A stretch of DNA of 64,000 bases from contig JANJGN010000035.1 in assembly GCA_026770705.1 (NCBI GenBank), positions 13,764,001 through 13,828,000 of the forward strand, in the 5' to 3' direction. Position numbers and translations under genes: made by a program. This stretch comes from Isurus oxyrinchus. Taxonomy: Eukaryota. Positions within the stretch are counted from its first letter, which is position 1, and the number at the start of each line of letters is the position of its first letter. Under the pieces are notes generated by a model. That model was not told the DNA's origin and did no database searches. It saw nothing but the letters and a program-made list of their open reading frames with translations. Below, in pieces: positions 61,260 through 64,000 of the stretch.

Positions 61260-62360
61260 TCTCCAAGTTCTGCATATTAAGGCACAAGGGCAGCCACATC
61301 CAAAATCACTGATGCATTCTGCAGCCTCTCTCCATAAAAACAGTGTACTGGCTTTTCTTTTTGAACAAAAGTGTCCAACCGTTTATTTTTCAACATTATA
61401 CTCCTTCTGGCAAATTCCTGACAATCGCATAAGCCAATGCTATTCCTTTTCAAAAATCATTGTATCCTCCTCACCTTCTAGTTTCGTACCTTTCTTTCTT
61501 TAATCAGAATACTTAGTAACATGACTGCCCGTCCCATCATGCTGGCCATTGACATAAATCCTGCAGAGCTGAATATCTAGCACTGAACCTGGCAGCCTAT
61601 CTCTTGTTTCAGGTTACCACCCTGTAAATGACCCATTTATTACGATTCTCTGTTTCCTCACAGTTGCACTATCCTTAATCCATGTAAACACAATGAGCTC
61701 TTATCTTCTGCAGTTCCTTTTAGTTGCACAACAGCAGTACAATTCGCTTTATCCAGTCGGTTTGCTATATCATCAAAGGGCTCTAATAAACCTCACAAAC
61801 AGGATTTTCCCTTTACCAAGCCATGTTGGCTCTGCCGGTTTGTAACATAATTTTTGTATATTCCCGGCTATTAAATCTATAATAATGTTTCCTAGTATTT
61901 TCCCAATGAAATATATTTGTGAAACTGCCCTTTTGTTTCGTGCTTTCAGTCTCCTTTTTGTTTTCAATAGTGGTGTTATTTTTTGTGGCTTTTCAAATCC
62001 CTGGGACATTTGTAAATGTTAGGGAATTCTGGAACTTTGCAACATATTTAATCACTGTCTCAGCAGCCACTCATTGAAAGACCACAGAATACAAACTATC
62101 AGTTCCAAATAAGCTGCCAGCCTTAAGTCCCATCAGTTTTCTTAGTGTTATTACCTCCAATTATAGTGATTTATAAAATTCCTCTCCTACTCTTTCACCC
62201 TGCTTCCTTGTTTTTCTTGCAGTGATTTGTATCACCTCCACGGTGAAAACAAAAACGAAATACTGTCTCAAAAACTGTCATTTCCCTTTATTAACACTGC
62301 AGTCTCACTCTCTGTAGGGCCAGCGCTCACAATCGCTGCTCTTTTCCTTTTATATACACT
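61260..62360 (-). mobile_element. CR1 RT relic
   Basis: atctagcactgaacctggcagc (reverse of the GVPQGSVL region), gattttccctttaccaagccatgttggct. Confidence 0.75.
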
Positions 62361-64000
62361 TGCAGATGCTTTCACTGCCAGTTAATAGCGCTAGTTCTTG
62401 TTTTTCCCTCATTTGAAAAAGTTGCCAAGTGCCCTGATGAGGGCATCACAAAAACCTTGGAGATGTCAAATTTTTCATCAATGCTTATGTTTCATATATC
62501 TCGCAGTTTTTTTTTTTAATTTTTAACTGATAAACCAATTTCTACCCGGTCATGTGTCTTTATTAGTGTTTAACTTTCTACCCGTCTGGCTTAACACTAA
62601 ACCTTGCAGCATCTTACATTTATTTTTAATTTCAATGAGATGCCATTGATAATGTCCTGTCTTATGAAAAAAATGGTGAATCCCTCTCGAAGAGACTTTC
62701 TTCCGCAGTGCAACATATTTTTGCTGTCATTTGTGATACATCTACTTAAATCGCGGCCATTCCTTCTCTGATGTCTCACATTTTGACTTTAGCTACTTTA
62801 GACAACTGTATTTTCATGAACTAGTAATTACTTTCGCTTAACTTTAAGGCACTAATTCTTGGCATAACTTTCACACCACGCATTTTTCTGCTGGGAAACT
62901 GCAGAGTGTGACAGGGAAAATTAGCCCTCCCCGTACGCTAACTGATACTTGTAAAAATAACTGCATCGGGGCTGAGCATTGCTCTCTGCAGAAAGACAAT
63001 AACATGAGTTCAAAGGATTTGCAAAACTCTCATGCTAACAGCAGACTGCGGTTTTTGTCTTGCAGTTTGCTGCCCATAACAAAGACACATATTTATTCTG
63101 GGGGAATAACATTGAAAATGCACTTATATTTTTCTACACAAGGTCCATGACCGCAAGAGAGAGCCAATGTTCCTCAGTTGCTTCCTGTTTTCAAATTCGC
63201 CCATGTACCTATGACGAATTAATCGGGCTATGTCTGTTTAGAAACTAATCGGCAATGCACGCATGAGACACTCACTTGTGCAAAAACAAAGTTAGCTGAG
63301 TTAGACCTGTGCATTGCAATACTTTCCGCACGTTCTCAACAGCAACAATAGCTGCACCCAGTTTTTTTTAGGAAACTGCACATCTTCCTTTCCAGGGAGT
63401 GAAGATGAGAACAGGTTATAAGGTAATGAACATCACCTCCACTACACGAACCCTTTCTCACTCGGATTCAAGGAATTATTTGCCATCAATGTCAAGATTG
63501 CAAAGTCCTCAGCTCGATGCAGCCAGTTGAGGCTAACCCAAGAAACAAACAGCACAGAATTAGACTTTTTGGCACATTGATCCTGTGCCCACATTGATAT
63601 CACAGTTTGTTATGAATTAACGGCACGAAATGAATGCGCCTTTGCACCGTTTGTGCTGGAATACTGATCATGCAAACTCCGGCATTAGTTACAAGACATG
63701 CAACCATTCGGGGGATTAATTCCCCTCGCCATTATAAATGGAGACTCTGAAGAATTAGATTCTCTTCCAGATCATTATGCGCCCCGATACATACTCAGTT
63801 ATAATATAACCTGCAGAGTTCATGCTGCCCCTTTCGCCACCATGGATAGTGGAACAGGCTTCTCATGAACAGATTTAAAGTTTGTATTTACATAGCGTTC
63901 GTAGTCGTGGCAACAATTGGCCACGAGCTTTGTTCTTTGCTGAAGAGGGTAATAATTCCAACTCGCTGATTTGAACAGATTCTTCAGGGATGAAAATGTA

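Overview
Repeat-dominated vertebrate genomic DNA. The CR1, Penelope, Tx1/L1 and DeuSINE-type repeats point to a cartilaginous fish (shark); this is an inference. I found no intact long gene, rRNA, intact tRNA or CRISPR array. The main structure is an old segmental duplication (about 1-12870 vs about 34450-48070, plus about 14970-16300 vs about 59890-60930). Each copy carries the same cassette of dead tRNA genes (Thr-like +, Lys-TTT +, +, -) and decayed exon-like blocks, and the copies differ by TE insertions and one inversion-plus-deletion. Two decayed Penelope-like elements (RT + GIY-YIG) and many of their terminal-repeat relics carry minimal hammerhead-ribozyme motifs. These include a young perfect 86-bp-arm palindrome with an 11-bp TSD and an older, unrelated palindromic hammerhead family. 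One plausible small spliced gene lies at about 25-27.3 kb. There is a 180-N gap at 48768-48947. Repeat boundaries were placed by eye and are approximate.
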